From Ascoidea asiatica JCM 7603 (lineage: Eukaryota; Fungi; Ascomycota), in contig BCKQ01000007.1 in the NCBI GenBank assembly GCA_001600695.1, forward strand, positions 784,387-848,386: DNA of 64,000 nucleotides. The letters run 5' to 3'. Both the position numbers and the translations under genes were made by a program. Shown in pieces: positions 27,798-42,579 of the stretch. Each line of letters opens with the position of its first letter. The stretch's first letter is position 1. The notes below the pieces were generated by a model. That model was not told the DNA's origin. It did no database searches and saw nothing but the letters and a program-made list of their open reading frames with translations.

Positions 27798-29388
27798 GAA
27801 GACCTACCCCTACATAGAATGGTCTCGTGCAAGAAAATAAAACAACTGAGAAATGCAGTATTGTAACAAACTAGGAAATATCAGACACTCTGACATGAAC
27901 CTGACTATAAATAACTGTCTCAACAGTTAATAATAGTGAATAGTCGTAAAAATGATTGTGGGTAAATATACTTGTTTATATATGTCAGATCGTAACATCT
28001 GAATAATCTTACTATATATATAATCATACTATATGTATAATACTAATAATTAATTTGTAAAAAGTAAGATATATATATATATTTAAGAAACTGAGAGTAC
28101 AACTGTTAAGCGCTACACAGATTTATCAAAATATACCATGACTGCACAATATTAAACATTAATATACTGCTGTGCTACCTAAGTATTGTTGTAAATAAGC
28201 AAAAACCATTTATTGAAAAAGAAAAGCAAAATAAAAGATAGCCAAAACTGGGCCGTAAACATTATTAGGACAAAGGTGGAAAGGAAATAAACAGACAAAT
28301 AAACAGTATTAAAAAAGATTATTCGTGATGAAAGAAATAATTTTTTGTGAACACAATTAGTGAGCAGTATTGTTTGTTTTAAATGGGGTTTATAGTAACA
28401 TTAACAAATTAGCCTGCATCAGAATTAGGTTTAACCGGGTTACAAGAACACATAAGTCCATGAAAGATTGAACACTGTTACCGGAATTCACAAACGTTTT
28501 TTCCGTTCCACCTGGGTCTGATAACACTGGAGTCTTCTCACTTTACCTAACGATGGAGAAGTCATAATCAGTGAACGACCATCTGCAATTAGATGTTGGT
28601 TTGCATTTCATTTGGCAACATAATGTGGTTCCCTTAACTGGTATGTCCATTATTCAGAACTATTCAGCTAACCACTTAATATTTTATATGCTTACCAGAT
28701 AACGGCATTTACTACGGAGGTTTGGATCTAGTTTATAGTGGAGCCTGCTATAAATGAGACATTTCGATATCACGCAACTAAATGCTTACTGTAGATTAAT
28801 GGGCCAAAATCAGATTTTTGTATAATCTCTGTTGAAACAAGATGAATAAGGAATTGAGTGACTCCGTTGAGATTATCGGAAGCTAATCGAATTAAACCTG
28901 TTGCTCGCATATGCAATGATGATCATTGTTATAGCAATGTAAACCATATCGGACATTGAAAAGCAGCAATTGACAAAGAAACAAGAAGCGGATCTGTTTC
29001 ACTGTAGTTTAAGTTCACTATTTGGCACTTAAAATAACTGAAACGTCGTTTTGAGGCAGCGGAGGCGTAAATAACATTTGTGTAACATCCAGTATCCATG
29101 ACATGCTTAATATATGCACCAAATGTATCCGTGCAAATAGTAGAGTGGCTGATACTAATAAGGATTTACCTTGTAAGGAGGTAGACTCCTGTCAGAAGAA
29201 ACCAGGATATTTGCGCATCGTAATTGATTACCATCATCCAGGTTTTGTTTTCAGCCCCACATATTTTGGTTAACGCTTATTTTCATGCTTACAATTATCC
29301 TATTTAAGCTCTTATTTACACTTTTCATTTATCCGTCCTCGCACCGCGGCTCATTCCCTGTGTTAGGTCACCACATCCTCTATGAAGG

Positions 29389-29467
29389 CCCCATATCGTC
29401 AAGAGAGGCCATACTATGTTACTATTAGGACCCATTATGGTTAAGAGAGGACATACTAATTTACTAT
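29389..29467. repeat. Two-unit ~41-bp imperfect tandem repeat
   Basis: cccatatcgtcaagagaggccatactatgttactat and cccattatggttaagagaggacatactaatttactat. Confidence 0.75.
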
Positions 29468-30199
29468 GACAGTGCATTGTGGTGCAGGCAGGTGTGGCCT
29501 TATCATTATCGATTTCAAATATTTCTACATTAGTTCGTCAATATCAACTTTTAATCTTTCAATATGAATTTATCATTATCAATTCCAATTATTTCTACAT
29601 TGCGTCGTCATTATCAACTTATAATCTTTTGGTATTTCCTTATTCATATAAGTCATTATTATATGTTCATTTGTGTTGGTTGTCCTTTTGTTCTATGTTT
29701 GGGTATTGTACCCGACTAACTATGTTCACTTTACAGTTCTGAAATACTATAAATACTATTCAGTACCACTCTTTTTTATATATATATTTTTGTGTGTTTC
29801 TATTTTAAACAACCCAATTTTGACGCGAGAACCAGAAACATCTTGGTTTAAATAAGTCGCTCATACTATACAGATTTTAGTACAGAATATTCTACTATTA
29901 TTGCCTACTGTTATTTTTTTATATTTTACTTTTTTTTTCTATCTACCTATCACTAACCTCAGTCTTAGAGTTTTTAGTTATTATTTGTCTACAAATCTTA
30001 ACTCTTTTTATATACTACTATCTTCTTTTTCATTACTCCAATCTTCTAATTAATTTGTTCCTTTATTCAAAGCCTCGTTCTAGCTAGAAAATTTGGAATC
30101 CTCCTGTTTCCTTAGTGTTGTCTACCCAGGCTCACCAAGTTCTTGTTAATATTCGAAAATAGACTCAGAATCCTGAGAATTATTTGCTTGTCTTAAGGT

Positions 30200-30760
30200 A
30201 ATAAAATTAATTCTTTTTGCGGTTAAATTAGAGTCATAAGTAGAATTGTCTTCCAAAAAAATAGTTATAGCACAATTGTGCCCAACCTATTAAGTATCGG
30301 AGAGTTTAATAATCTGCGTGATTTTGCGAAGAACTAATGAATCACGTAATATGTGAAGTACTGTTAACAGTAATGTATGAATAATTACAATAGATAAAAA
30401 GTTAATCATGGAATTTTATAAGAAATAGTGAATAAAAGCATCAGATTTTTACACTGGAACTTTTGCGAAAATAAAATGCGAATTTGGATAAATCATGGGG
30501 AACTGGACAACGGTATTCCATTCACTTTTAACGCGGTGTTTTGAGGGACTTGGGATTACACTATGTGTGGTATATTCGTCTACAAATAATATTCCTATTT
30601 CGGAATAGTACGACGACTGACCATATTGGTATGGAGCAATTCTTGCTTCTAGATCGATTCTGAACTTGCGTTGGCTGTCAACCCAGATACATTATTTGCG
30701 AGAAGTCCCATGAGATCCACTAACATAGTTTACTTACGGTTTAGGCAACCCTTTAAATTT
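30200..30760 (-). pseudogene. Possible non-LTR retrotransposon RT relic (CRE-like)
   Basis: Remnants GLPKP, IAPYQYG, SDAF and FLED occur in the expected RT motif order. Very degenerate. Confidence 0.3.
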
Positions 30761-32399
30761 ATGCACTACAAAAAACAAACATACTTATTGATTTACGAAT
30801 ATTAGGCTTAGTACTAAAACCTGTATATATAGTGATCTTTGAATATTAGGCCTCTTCAACTACATGGACGCATATATTATTGTTGTTTTTTTATTCTGTT
30901 TCTATCTTTTCAATTTCACTCCCAAAATTTCTTTAAAGCGAACACGGATGATTGGTGGCTACCTAGTTTGTCAAATCCTAATTAATATTCTTAGTAGTAA
31001 CACTGTTCTGATTATTGTCAGTTTTCCAGGCAATACGAAAACATTAACTTATTCAATTAAAAGCTTGTAATTCCAGAGGATTCATTTCATTTTTAATTCA
31101 ATTTGGTTGACAAATCTTATAGCAAAATGGCTAAAAAGTATCACGATTGTTGTTGCGCAGTAGATCTGGACGGTCACTCGTAAGTTCATCAAACTAATTA
31201 AACTATATCAACACGTAACTTTCATATTTAGTCTCATAAAATGTTAGGTTTGATTGTTTTGTAGTTTACTTCATTGTAAAGGGACTACAACATTATAATT
31301 GCCTTTGAACAAATCTGTTTAAATAGATTTTTGTGTATGGCCTGCTTGTACTCAATGGCAAAATATAGTTTGAAAAAGAGAGTCGATCAAGGGTTTTCCA
31401 TAGTACCTGAATAGTATATTGATGAGTTTGGAGTATTACCAATATGTTTGCTATCATTAAAATCAAAGTGGGGACGGCGGGGTAAGGACCTGCACCTAAC
31501 CAGATATATACTGCTAAACCAACTTAGAATACCTTTCAATCAGCACTTTGATGGATAAACAAAAAGTTTGAAATCAAAAAATGCAGGCACCACCTTAAAA
31601 CTGGTTTCTAAACATTAATTGGGAACACAGTTCAGGGTTCAGCTGGTATTATTTAAATATCCTCGTAGCCGTGACCATCGATATTGTATCCCTATGATAT
31701 CTGCTTGAACAATTCGCTGTCATTGGCTTGCCACCAATAAATTTTAATCCGATCACGGTATGCGCAAAATTGGTCAACATTAGGCAGCACCAAAATTCAT
31801 TAGACTTCAAAATTGATGTGAATAACTTATATTCGGAAGTTTGTGATTATTTTTCGCTTCGGTGAAATATACCCATTGAAATAATTGTTTAGTTTAAAGA
31901 AATTTATGTGTTCTCCAATTTGAGGATTCTACCGAAATTAATTTGGAAATTTTTTAAAATAAAAAAGTGAAAATTTGTACATGTATTGGTTAAAGAGATA
32001 AGTAATAGTATTAAACAGCTATAACAAAAACAAATACTGAAAAAAAATAAGGTCAAAAATAATATCACATATATTGAGCAAAATAGTTGCTCATAAACAA
32101 AAGTTTACTTGCGATTTGCATTAATCTTGCTAATTGCCTCTAGACATTATTCTTTTTTTTTTTTTTGGTGTCACGGCTTTAGCTTCTCAAGTTTGCAATT
32201 GCTGCCATCTAGCAGAAACATTTTTTTTCGGGGTTGGTGGGAGGGGGGGGGATATTTTCAGAGCTAGTGTTTTCATGAGCTTTTTAGCTACTATTCGAGA
32301 AGCCTTTTTTAGTTTTCGGTTTGGCAAACAAATTCGATTATTGCCGGATTTGCAGGATTTTAATTTAATTTAATTCACGGATAGCCGAGGTTTTTGGCT

Positions 32400-33845
32400 A
32401 CTAAAAGAATTCGTTTGTGTTTTTCCAAATTCGTTTATCAGTACGTGTATCATCACTAACAAACAACTCATCATTGGAATTTAATCGTGTTTCTACTTGC
32501 TGCTTTTTTTCATCAACATCACCATCTTCTTGCTCAGTTAGATAACAATCTTCATCATCTTCTGTGTAAAACCATGCCGCTGATCTTTTAATTTGTAAAA
32601 GTATATTCAATATTATCACTATCAGAAATATCAGTTAGCGAACCACCTTCACCACTTTTAGTGACGATTATTTTATCTGCACCATAAATAAAATGAAATG
32701 CAATAAAAACCGTGGATATTGTTATAATAGGCCTAGATTATCAATTTTTTTCTTTCCAATTATTAATTATTTTTGAATCCAATTTTTTGATCTCACAGTC
32801 GATATAAAATTTGGAGCTGGTTAATGTATTGTTCAAATTCATGAAATAATCTTGTTGGATTGCTTCTTTAGATTTTTTTTTTCAAACAAATTTTTATTAA
32901 TTTGCGATTTATACCATGTAAAATATTTGATATTATTCTCCATGTATTCTAACATATTGTAGTGATGATATTCCTCTAATCTTATGCGACTTGATATCAG
33001 GCTAATTTGCTTCAGGTCTTTTAGCATTTTGAGGTTAATATTGTAATATTTGTCATTTAACAGTTTCGTAGGTTGAGCAATTGATTGTTTTTTATTATCT
33101 TGCAGATACTCAAGAATCTCTGATAGAAAGAATTTACGATTGAAAAGTTCTTTAGGAATGTGCTGTGAAGTTTAAGTAATGATATTGTCCAGTAGTTGTA
33201 ATGACCCTTTTTTTTTTTTGAAATATTTTCAGAGATTTTGGTTTTGGTATAATCATCAGCTTCAATAGAGCTTTGTTCATTTTCCTGTAAACGTTGTTGA
33301 TCTTATAATATTTTGATGTTGAATAATGTTTTACTAAAAGTTGAGATATTTTTATTAGCTACAGGCTTTTAGCTGATGCTGAATCAAAGCTCAATGAGAA
33401 TACTCCATTATACCAAGTTTAGCATTTGTTTCTTTACAATGGGTGTATAATAATAATACTAGGATAAACTCAATTTGAAAGGAAACGTTATTAATTTTAA
33501 ATTTATTCTTCCTTTAATTATATATCCAATTGGCATCCTAGGCTTAACATCAGTCTTATTGAATTTGTATGTAGGAAGGTCAAGGAACAGAAACAGCAAA
33601 AATAATAGTAACGCCCCCTCTGTAGGTACGAGAAACGCCATCATGAACCCATCATCAACAATACATAAATCCACCCATTTGCATGAACCCATATAATAAC
33701 AATTGGGTGACCATCTGTCAACAAAACCTTGATACGTAAGACCACCAAAGTCAGGATCAGTTATGATAGATTCTCTATGACTCACACAAACAGTCCTAAT
33801 TTTGGTTTTTAGAAAGATTTTTAAGCTTTGTTTGAAATAGCTCAA
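32400..33845 (-). pseudogene. Unidentified decayed ORF(s) downstream of the CACTA transposase
   Basis: Coding-like fragments 33459-33845, 32839-33027 and 32401-32619 lie on the same strand. No motif recognised. Confidence 0.3.
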
Positions 33846-34559
33846 TGGAATCTTAATTTACCAATTTCTGGTGCTGTTCGTTGTCAAGGTTAATAACTTC
33901 TCTATTTGAGACCCATTTAGTACTTTGGTCGTTTATCAGCTGTAACAGTTTATCTTGACTATCGATGTTCAGAAACTTGCAGAATTATTCTTAATTTAAT
34001 TTTAATTGTGGAAATATAATTCGAATTTAGTTAAACCTAGCAGACATATAGTGTCAAAAAAAAAGGTGAAATTTGATGTTTACAGATCTAAAATTGAAAT
34101 AGTAAATTACAAGTCTTCGAAAGACTTTAAGATTGAATGTGGTGGTTTGGAACAAAATGAAACTGAAGTACATTTTCGGAATCTAATTAATGTTGTAACA
34201 GCTCACTGCTTATTTTTAATAACAGTTTTCGATTAGTCTAGGTTTAAAAAATACTACACAACTATTTTGCATCCCAAATTTTGATCATTCTAGGCTCAAC
34301 ACTCACTAGACGAGTATTCCCATCCTGACTTTTGATCCCCATGTTTGATCACTCTTAATCCGTTCTAGTTACTGGTCATGTTTGGATCGTGAATTGAGAT
34401 ATTTCTGTTTTGGCAAGTTTGTTGAAATTTATTTTTTATTGGTGTCTGGTTTATCTTTATCCCCAACCTAAGCTAGCCGCTATTGCGATAGCTTTTAATA
34501 CTATAGGTTCAATATTACTTTTCCATTCGTCAATATAGTTAGAATTATTAATGAAGAAG

Positions 34560-36250
34560 CTCCCATCTGGTGTTCCTATTTAGATACTTTAGTTTCCCTA
34601 GAAGAAGTTCGAGCTCTAAAAGATCATGAGTTGTATATCATACATTTTGTATTTAATATAAAAGTTTTTCATTCAAATTGTAAATTCGCGAAACCCAAGG
34701 CAATGTAGAGTAATTCCAACACCAAACGAATCCGAAATATGATTCTGGTTTACGCCAGTGGTTATATTGAATCTGTTTTTCCACCTTTATAGGTTAATTG
34801 AAATGTTCTCCGATCGTACTTGAAATTGTTCTGTTGGAAAAGGAAACATTTAATTGGGCAAACATTCCAAAAGCTTCGTAAAAAAAATGTGCAGAACTGT
34901 TTTATCTAGATTTTTCGTTGATCTTACGGTTAAGGGCATAGAAGAACCAGTATATAAAAATTCTAATCACGATTTCCAGCAGAATTCCCTGAATATCTCT
35001 TCATGAATTCCAACATTTGTCCGTCGGCTTAAAATTTATGGTAGGAAATTTGCCGCTTTTTCAAAAAAACTGTCAATGTAGACAGTAGGGGTAGTCGTGG
35101 TTACGTCTAGGTCTCGGATTGCCACAAGGCAAGAATATACCTTAAGTATTACAAATATGTTTTTCTGTGACTCATAAAACTTTCCAAATGAAATATAGAG
35201 TTCCAGGAAAGAAGACGGTGTGCTATCATGTTTTCCCAACAACTGAAAAGAGACGAAACCGACCCGAAAGTCCCTCTTTAGCAGCTACACAATCGACCAT
35301 GTAAATGTTATTTCGCGTTTGTTTGTTTAAATTTAAAAAACAGTTCTCCTTTAATATTGTAAACTCTGGAAGGACTAGTCCCAAAATTATAATTAAAATT
35401 TGTATTCAATTCATTTCACAGTTAGATGTCAAAACATTGTTTATTCAAAGGTTTATACAAATATTTCTCAAATTGCGGTACAGCAATAATATTTTAGGCT
35501 GATTAGTTTTTTCTTGAGCCGACAAATAAACATGTTTAAAGCAATGTGAGTTGTTTGCTAACAAAGGTTTTGGTTAAGTGATTGGAAACATTAACAGAAA
35601 CATAGTTTTACTCCGAACTCATTATTAGACTGAATCCACTTGAATTATCGGAGAAACTAGAAATATGTAAGGCAACAATGTTTTCCATTGAAAAGTGAAG
35701 GCGTCTGACGGCTGATAGTTAGGGAATTCCAAATGATGGAATAGCTTTTTCTGCAAAGTGGTTCAAAAACCGTGGAAGATCTCCTTTATGTAGGGTCCAC
35801 ATAAAATAAGTACCACCACTAATAGGGTTCCCCTCATGCTGACAAAACCTGAAGGATTTATACAAGGTAAAGAAATGAATTGCCATTTTGGCTTGGGCAG
35901 CGATATCACCGATAACTGAATAGGTATATATCTTATTAGAAATATTTGTTTTTCCGCATTTCACATAATCCAAAATCCCTCAGAAGCGTCTTTCAAAGTT
36001 TAAACTTAATTTTTACAATGATGGGCAAAATTTTTGTTCCTTGCCCAAGTGAAAAATATAAAGAAAAATTTTTCAATCTTGATTGCTCTGAAAAACTACC
36101 TTTAGCAGAATTTTGGTAAATTGTAAGCTCTCCAATTTCTTGAGGTGGAGTGCAGCACTTTGAATCTGCCAAAAAACCTTCAGTGTATTTTCTTTTTGAT
36201 CTGCGAACTAATAAGGCATTTTTCCATAATCGGATGAAAGATTGTGTGTC
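34560..36250 (-). pseudogene. CACTA/EnSpm (CMC, Tnp2/Transposase_21-like) transposase relic, interrupted by the copia at 36257
   Basis: YNLP, IGDIAAQAKMA...FRFCQHEG...GTYF and LHFSMENIV match the Tnp2-type motifs NLP, D.PA..K, C..C...G and D.MH...EN in order. Confidence 0.6.
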
Positions 36251-36256
36251 TAAAAT

Positions 36257-36513
36257 GGTTGGAAAACAAGGAGGTTTGGGGTTGGTTTACTAGAACTACG
36301 AAGTGTAAGGTGAGTTTTGACTAGGAAACCCTGTCGCAGACTTATCTTGCTGTAGTGGAGTGATGTTCCGGCCTCAACCTTAGGTTCGAAGTAAAAGGTA
36401 AGAGAGCCAGCTCCTTAAATATCATAAAGATACGGGAGGGTAAACCTTGGAAGGATGAAAAACCCAAGAGATTATTTATATTGGGTTCTATATATGGTAT
36501 ATCTACAGATATA
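36257..36513 (-). repeat. 3' LTR of the copia element
   Basis: Aligns with 42580-42679 plus 43018-43176 (gtgtaaggtga...atatatggtatatctacagatata). Confidence 0.85.
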
Positions 36514-37249
36514 GCCTCCGATTGCTCAGAATGGGCAATCTTCTTGTAAAAATGATAAATAAAACTAATGTTTCATTTAAGATTGTATCATCTGAATTAG
36601 ATTTTTTCATTAAGATATCTAATAAAATAAATTGAGTGTAATATCACATATAATTAGTTAATAAATGTAATAACATTTCTGTTTCTTTTTATATCATTTT
36701 TGATATTTGTACATGTAATAAAATCTAATGACATCTGTAAGTGTCTAAAAATTTTGATTAACATTTATCATGTTAATTTATTCAATGAATAAATAAAGAA
36801 CTTTTTTGTTCTACTGTTATAACAGTTAATAATAACTAATAATAATGTGTTTTGGACTTGTTAAAAATATAATATGTTCATAAAATCTTTTAGATTTGTT
36901 AAATACTGTTGTTCTGTATAAGCATTTAATTTATGTTTTATTATCTACTATATTGTTCTTGAAATAAGAATATAAATAATTTGTTTTAATTGTAAGTTAC
37001 AGGATAGTAATCTTAGTATAATCTAATATAATAATATTATGCTAAAAATATGAAAGACAATTTGTATAATGATCTTTAAACTAATAGCTTGTTCATAGTT
37101 AATTGTTAAATAAATATGTTTTAATATGTTATTATTTCTTATGAAATGTAATTGTAATAGTTTTGCAAAAATTGTTCAAAGAATGAATAAATAAGCTGTT
37201 AGTAATTTAATAAATAGAATGTAAGGTCTTACTTAAAATTGGTGTCTTA

Positions 37250-40200
37250 ATGTAATTCAATATTATCTTTTGAGTCTTTATTAATATCAAAATTGTGAAA
37301 ATTTATAACAAAATTATGAAAATCTAAATCCTCTGTAGTTTGCATATCTCCTAAATTCTTTTTGGTGTTAACATATTTGATTTCAATGAAATCTTTAGAA
37401 ATATTATTCTTTAATTTAAGTAGTTCATTTAAAGTCTACTGATTTTTAATAAAATTATTATTGGTTGCATTTCCTAACCATTTTAAAACACTTTGTGAAT
37501 CAATACGTATAATTATTTTTGTAATTGTATGATTAATTACTTTAAATAAGTTAAAATAGTATATTGAATGTGAAAATATTCTATATAAAGCTAATAATTC
37601 TGCTTCAGAACCGCTAATTGCTTGAATATGTTGTTGTGGTGAACACGTATGCAAAAAATTATTACCAATTAAAATAATACCACCATTAGTACTTTTGTGT
37701 TTAAGATTATAGTTACTATCTGAAAAAATTGTTATTATATTTAAATTATTTGATTGAATTTGTGGAAGGATATTAATTTAATATTTCAAATCTTGAAGTA
37801 ATCTTAGGATATCAGAAGGTTGTGCATTAATTGGAACTTTATGAAGCTTTTTTGTTAATATCATCAAAGGATGTTTTAAATCCATTCCAACTTTTGTTCA
37901 ATATATTAAGTGTCCAAGAATACGTTGTACTGGTTTTACATTAAATTTATAATTATTATTTAAAATTCTTGAAAATTTTGAATGATTAGGTGATCTAGCA
38001 GGTTTTATATCCTGAAAATTGAAATTATTTAAAATTTTAGTTATTTTATTTGTACCTGGTAAATCTATTGATAAATTGTGTTTATTCAATTGATATTCTA
38101 TTCCTAAGAAGAAAAATTTTGATGGATTAATTTGAAATGTAAATTTGAATATTTTCTTTAAATTATTTATAATTTGAATGCATTCAGATTTCTTACCATA
38201 TAGAACCAAATCATCAACATATATAAGTAATTGAGTTGAATGTTTTGAAAATAAAGAAACGTCAAGTCCATTCATCATGAATCCTTCATCTATTAGACAG
38301 GATTTGATTGTGCAATACCAAACTAATGGAGCGAAAGGACTTCCATATAAAAGTTTTTCATCTTGTAGATTGAAATATTAATTTTTATAAATAAATTGTC
38401 TTTTAATACGTAATCATTTTGATTAACCGCTGAAGTAAAATCTCCAATGATTAATTCATTAGATGGTTTCGATAAATATGAAATGAAAAATGTCGTAATA
38501 TTTGTCGTTATAGGACCATAAGAATCATACTCCCTTAGATAATTAGGTAATTTTCGAAAACTATTAAGTACGATTCTTATTTTCTTTTTATTATTCTCGT
38601 TTATAGTTCAAATGAATTTTGTAGATAACATATTTCTTTTTGGAGTTGATTCCCGATTTCTATCATTTGATAAAGGTATAATTGTTCCATAATTCATTAA
38701 ATTATTAATTTCATTCTTTGAGGCGATATGCCATTCTTTTTCTGAATTATTATTGAATCCTTCATCTGCCAAATCATTTTCACTTAAAATATTAAAAATT
38801 GGAATTGATTGCGATGGAATATTGATAACATTATTTAATAAAAAATCTGGTTTCATTTTTTTAAAATTTACTTTTGATTCTGTATAATTTTCTATTACTC
38901 GTTGATTGTCAAAAGTTATTTGTTTTGTAGATTCTACTTCTATAGGAAGGTCTAAATTTTTTGCATTCTTACTTGAATTTGATGTGAAATTATTATCTGT
39001 ATTTAAAACTATTGATTGATTATCTTCATTTATGACATTTAAGTCAGTAGGAATACCTGGGTATTTATGAGAGGGTCATTAATTAAACTTTTCATTGAAT
39101 TGATTGGTGATTCATTAATTGATAGAACTTTTGCCGGGACCGTTAAACTATCAGAAGAATGATATTGAAAATTATTAAAATTGTAATTTATATTAGCTTC
39201 TGTACCTGTTTTACCACTAGGTATTATTTGTTTTGTATTAATTATCAAATCTCTATTGAGTAAGTAAATATTGTACCCTCCTAGGTCAGGATGATGACCT
39301 AGAAAGATTCCAACATTGAAATGAGAAACTTTATTTGTATCATTGGGATTATAGCAATGTACACTTTCTCCAAATGAGGCTGAATATAGATGGTAACTAT
39401 CCATCGATATAGTAAGATCTATTGTAGGTATTCTGATCTTTATATTATCAGTATTGATCGAATTTAAATTATTATTATTTTGAAAAAATATATTTTCATT
39501 CATAGTAGATTTTTCATTAAATTGGTTGGTTTGATTAACTATATGCCTTTTTGGAACATTATCATTACTGAAAGGACTTATATTTGTAAATTTACAGTTG
39601 TACTTAAAGTAAATTCCCAAAAGTATGTTGAATATGCCTCGAATAATAATTTTCTAGAAAGCCGTAAAATTTGGTAGATTCTGTTTTGAATGATAGTATT
39701 AGTTGAATGTTCTAAACCTGGACTCTTCATGAGTTGAAGACCCAAATTTTTAATTTGAAATTCAAAATTTTCATTAAACACTTCAGGTGCTCTATCAGCC
39801 TGTAATTTTATAACTTTAGTATCTGGTGAATTTCTATCAGAAAATTGAATGAATTGAAAAATATTATTCTGAAATTAATTTCTCTTTTTTTTATAATAAA
39901 CTGAAGTAAATCTTGATCTTAGCTCACTAATTATGAAGGCATAATTATTACCGGATAAACTCGGAGCACAAACTTTTCCGACAGCAAAACCTATGCTTGT
40001 ACTCAATCTTGTCACTTCGAATTTGAAATTGTGGTTTTGTGGAAATAACTTTGATTAATTCTACACGTCTCACAAGTTGGGTCTTGACTCTTTATTGACG
40101 GTAGTTCTTGAGGAATTATTCCAGTGATTTTCAGTGTATTAATTTTTGAAGCAGTTAAGTGTCCATATAATATATGTAAATGATTAGCCAATTTTTCTGC

Positions 40201-42407
40201 TTTCATATACTTTAAATATTTAAATTGATTTTTATTTTCTTCTTGTAGAGCTTGTTGAGTAATATTAACTTGCTATACACCAACCATATTTATTTTTATT
40301 TTATTAAATTCAGCAGCGATATATCTACCGCTATATTCATAAATTGTATTATGATATTCTAAAATCATTTTATTATTTGGTTTAAAAGTTGTATTTATAT
40401 TATTATTTGTTAAATCAGTTATTGAAATCAAATTGTTGAAATTTTTATGATATACCATACTTATGGATAAGTGTATGTTTTTGATGAATATTTGAGCCCT
40501 GAATTTGCCATCAAATTTAATATTGCTATTATTACCCAATACTATATTAAATGGTTCACAATATTCAATTGTAGAACATTTTAAAAGTTCTAAATTATAT
40601 TTTGTTGAAATAAATGCTCCAGAACCGAGAAGACAATTTTGCAATAAACGTGACTCTGGATTTTTTGGCTCTTTTCATTTTATTATTCACAGTGTTAACA
40701 TTTATATCAATCGATTTTGATTTATCTGTAGTTTAAAATTTGTTATTATAATTAGAATTTGAAGAATTAGAAAATGAATTAACTTTATTACTTTTGAATG
40801 AAAGCCCTACATTAAATTAAGATATATTGTCTTTTGGCTGGTAATTATCATAATCGTCAAAAGCATCATAACTTTGAGGTGTGCGAACCTTCGCGTTAGT
40901 TGTATTCTTATTATTATTATTATAATTTGAATTTGAATTAGAGTTTTTGTCTATATTATTATTATTATTGTAATTATTATTTTGTTTTCTAAAGTTATTT
41001 CTATTATTATCAGGTTTTTCTTTATACTTATTATTGTAATTTGTTTTATAATTATTATTAATATTGTTATTATTATAATTCTTTCTGAAATTATTATCTT
41101 GACGGAAATTTGTAAATTTTCTTGGTTTGTAATTATTTTATTCAGGTTTAAATAGCTTGTTTTGATCTTTATTATAATTAGAATTTCAATAAGTATTTGC
41201 TGAAGTGAATTTATTATTGTTTTGATTATGATTGAATCTAGGATTAATTTCCTTTTTCCTGGCAGAATTCATTTCAAAAGATGGAACTATATTTGCTTTA
41301 AGATGATTAAAAATATTTTTAATTGCATCAGCAACTTCCTCTGATTGATAATTAGGATCTAATTCAAGTTGTCTTTTGTAAAGTGGACGCCAAGTTTGAT
41401 TTGGAATACAATAAAAATGTGTTCCACTGAATATTTTCGTAAAAATAGTTGATTCAATTTACTGTTGAATAATCAGTTAAGTCATCAGAATCATAATCTG
41501 AGTTGGTATACAACATATGTAGACAATAGCTATAATTTCTTGTTGAAGCTGGAACAGCATAATAATCCTTATACATTTATAAAGGTGTTGATAAATATTT
41601 ATTAAAAACTGCTTCACTACTTAATTGTCTACGACAATAAGTTTTTATCTTTTGAATTTGGTCTTTAGGTGACATTCGTGCAGCAATATTTTTTCAATTG
41701 GTAACGAATGTGAACATCTAATATTCGAGTTGATTATAGTAAATAAATTTTCATTTCTAACATCATCAATTTTATCTGCTTTTAAAATTGAATTTTTATC
41801 TTGTGTCTAAGCTGGAAACTCGAGTGTGAGCGCTTCTCTGAGTGGAATACAACTTAAAGAAATCACTGGTATCTTTAAGGGAATTAGTATGCTTGAATTG
41901 ATTTAAAGCTCTGGTTTGATAATTAATTAATGTAGTAGAGTTTGTGTAATTTTTATGCTCTTTTGGAATTTGCATTAGCAATACTTTCACTAGTTAGATG
42001 ATTGACGTAGTGAGTGGGTAAAGAATAGAATTGAGTTGCATTATTATTTTCAATATTTGAACTATTATTATTTGAATGATCAGTAGCATTAGAAGGATTA
42101 ATTTGATTTTCATTTCTTTCACTAGAGGAATTTGAGTCCATTAAATTAAAATTTGAATTTAATGGTGGAATTTGAAAAATATTTTCAATTTCATTATCAG
42201 ATACATTAATTGACCTAGTAGGAGTATGAGGTTCAGCTGTACCTATCATAGTGCTCGAAATTTTAGTAGGATCAATTGTCCCTGTTGCAGCATCATTAGT
42301 TGAAGCATCGAGTGGCAAATTTATTGCAGTTGCTTCTTCATCCGAAGATAACTGTGCTGGAGTAGATCTAGTGTTTCATGAATTGGCTTTTTTTGGGGAA
42401 CGGGCCA
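37250..42407 (-). pseudogene. copia gag-pol
   Basis: Asn-rich gag; LLGSGA (protease); LHILYGH..CETC (integrase Zn finger); ADRAPEV (DDE core); LIYVDDLV (RT); SDSN, SEAEL and IDSQS (RNase H). Many stops and frameshifts. Confidence 0.9.
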
Positions 42408-42579
42408 TGCCTAAATATTATTAATAATTTGTAATTTATGATTCTTTATTGTAATTAAGTAAGATTTGAATTCTGAGTTGAAAAATGTTTTATTTCATTA
42501 AATATTAGTTGTATCATTAGTAAAACTTGTTGAAAAAATGAAAGTTATTCTTCTTTTTAAGATCTGAGACTATTAATCC

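Noticed and set aside
28350-29100. Further copia-like remnants on the minus strand
   Set aside because: Motifs are too degenerate to support a call by eye.
29389-29467. CRISPR-like repeats (also 42708-42810 and the TIR arrays)
   Set aside because: Only 2-4 imperfect units, no unique spacers, no cas genes, and a eukaryotic context.
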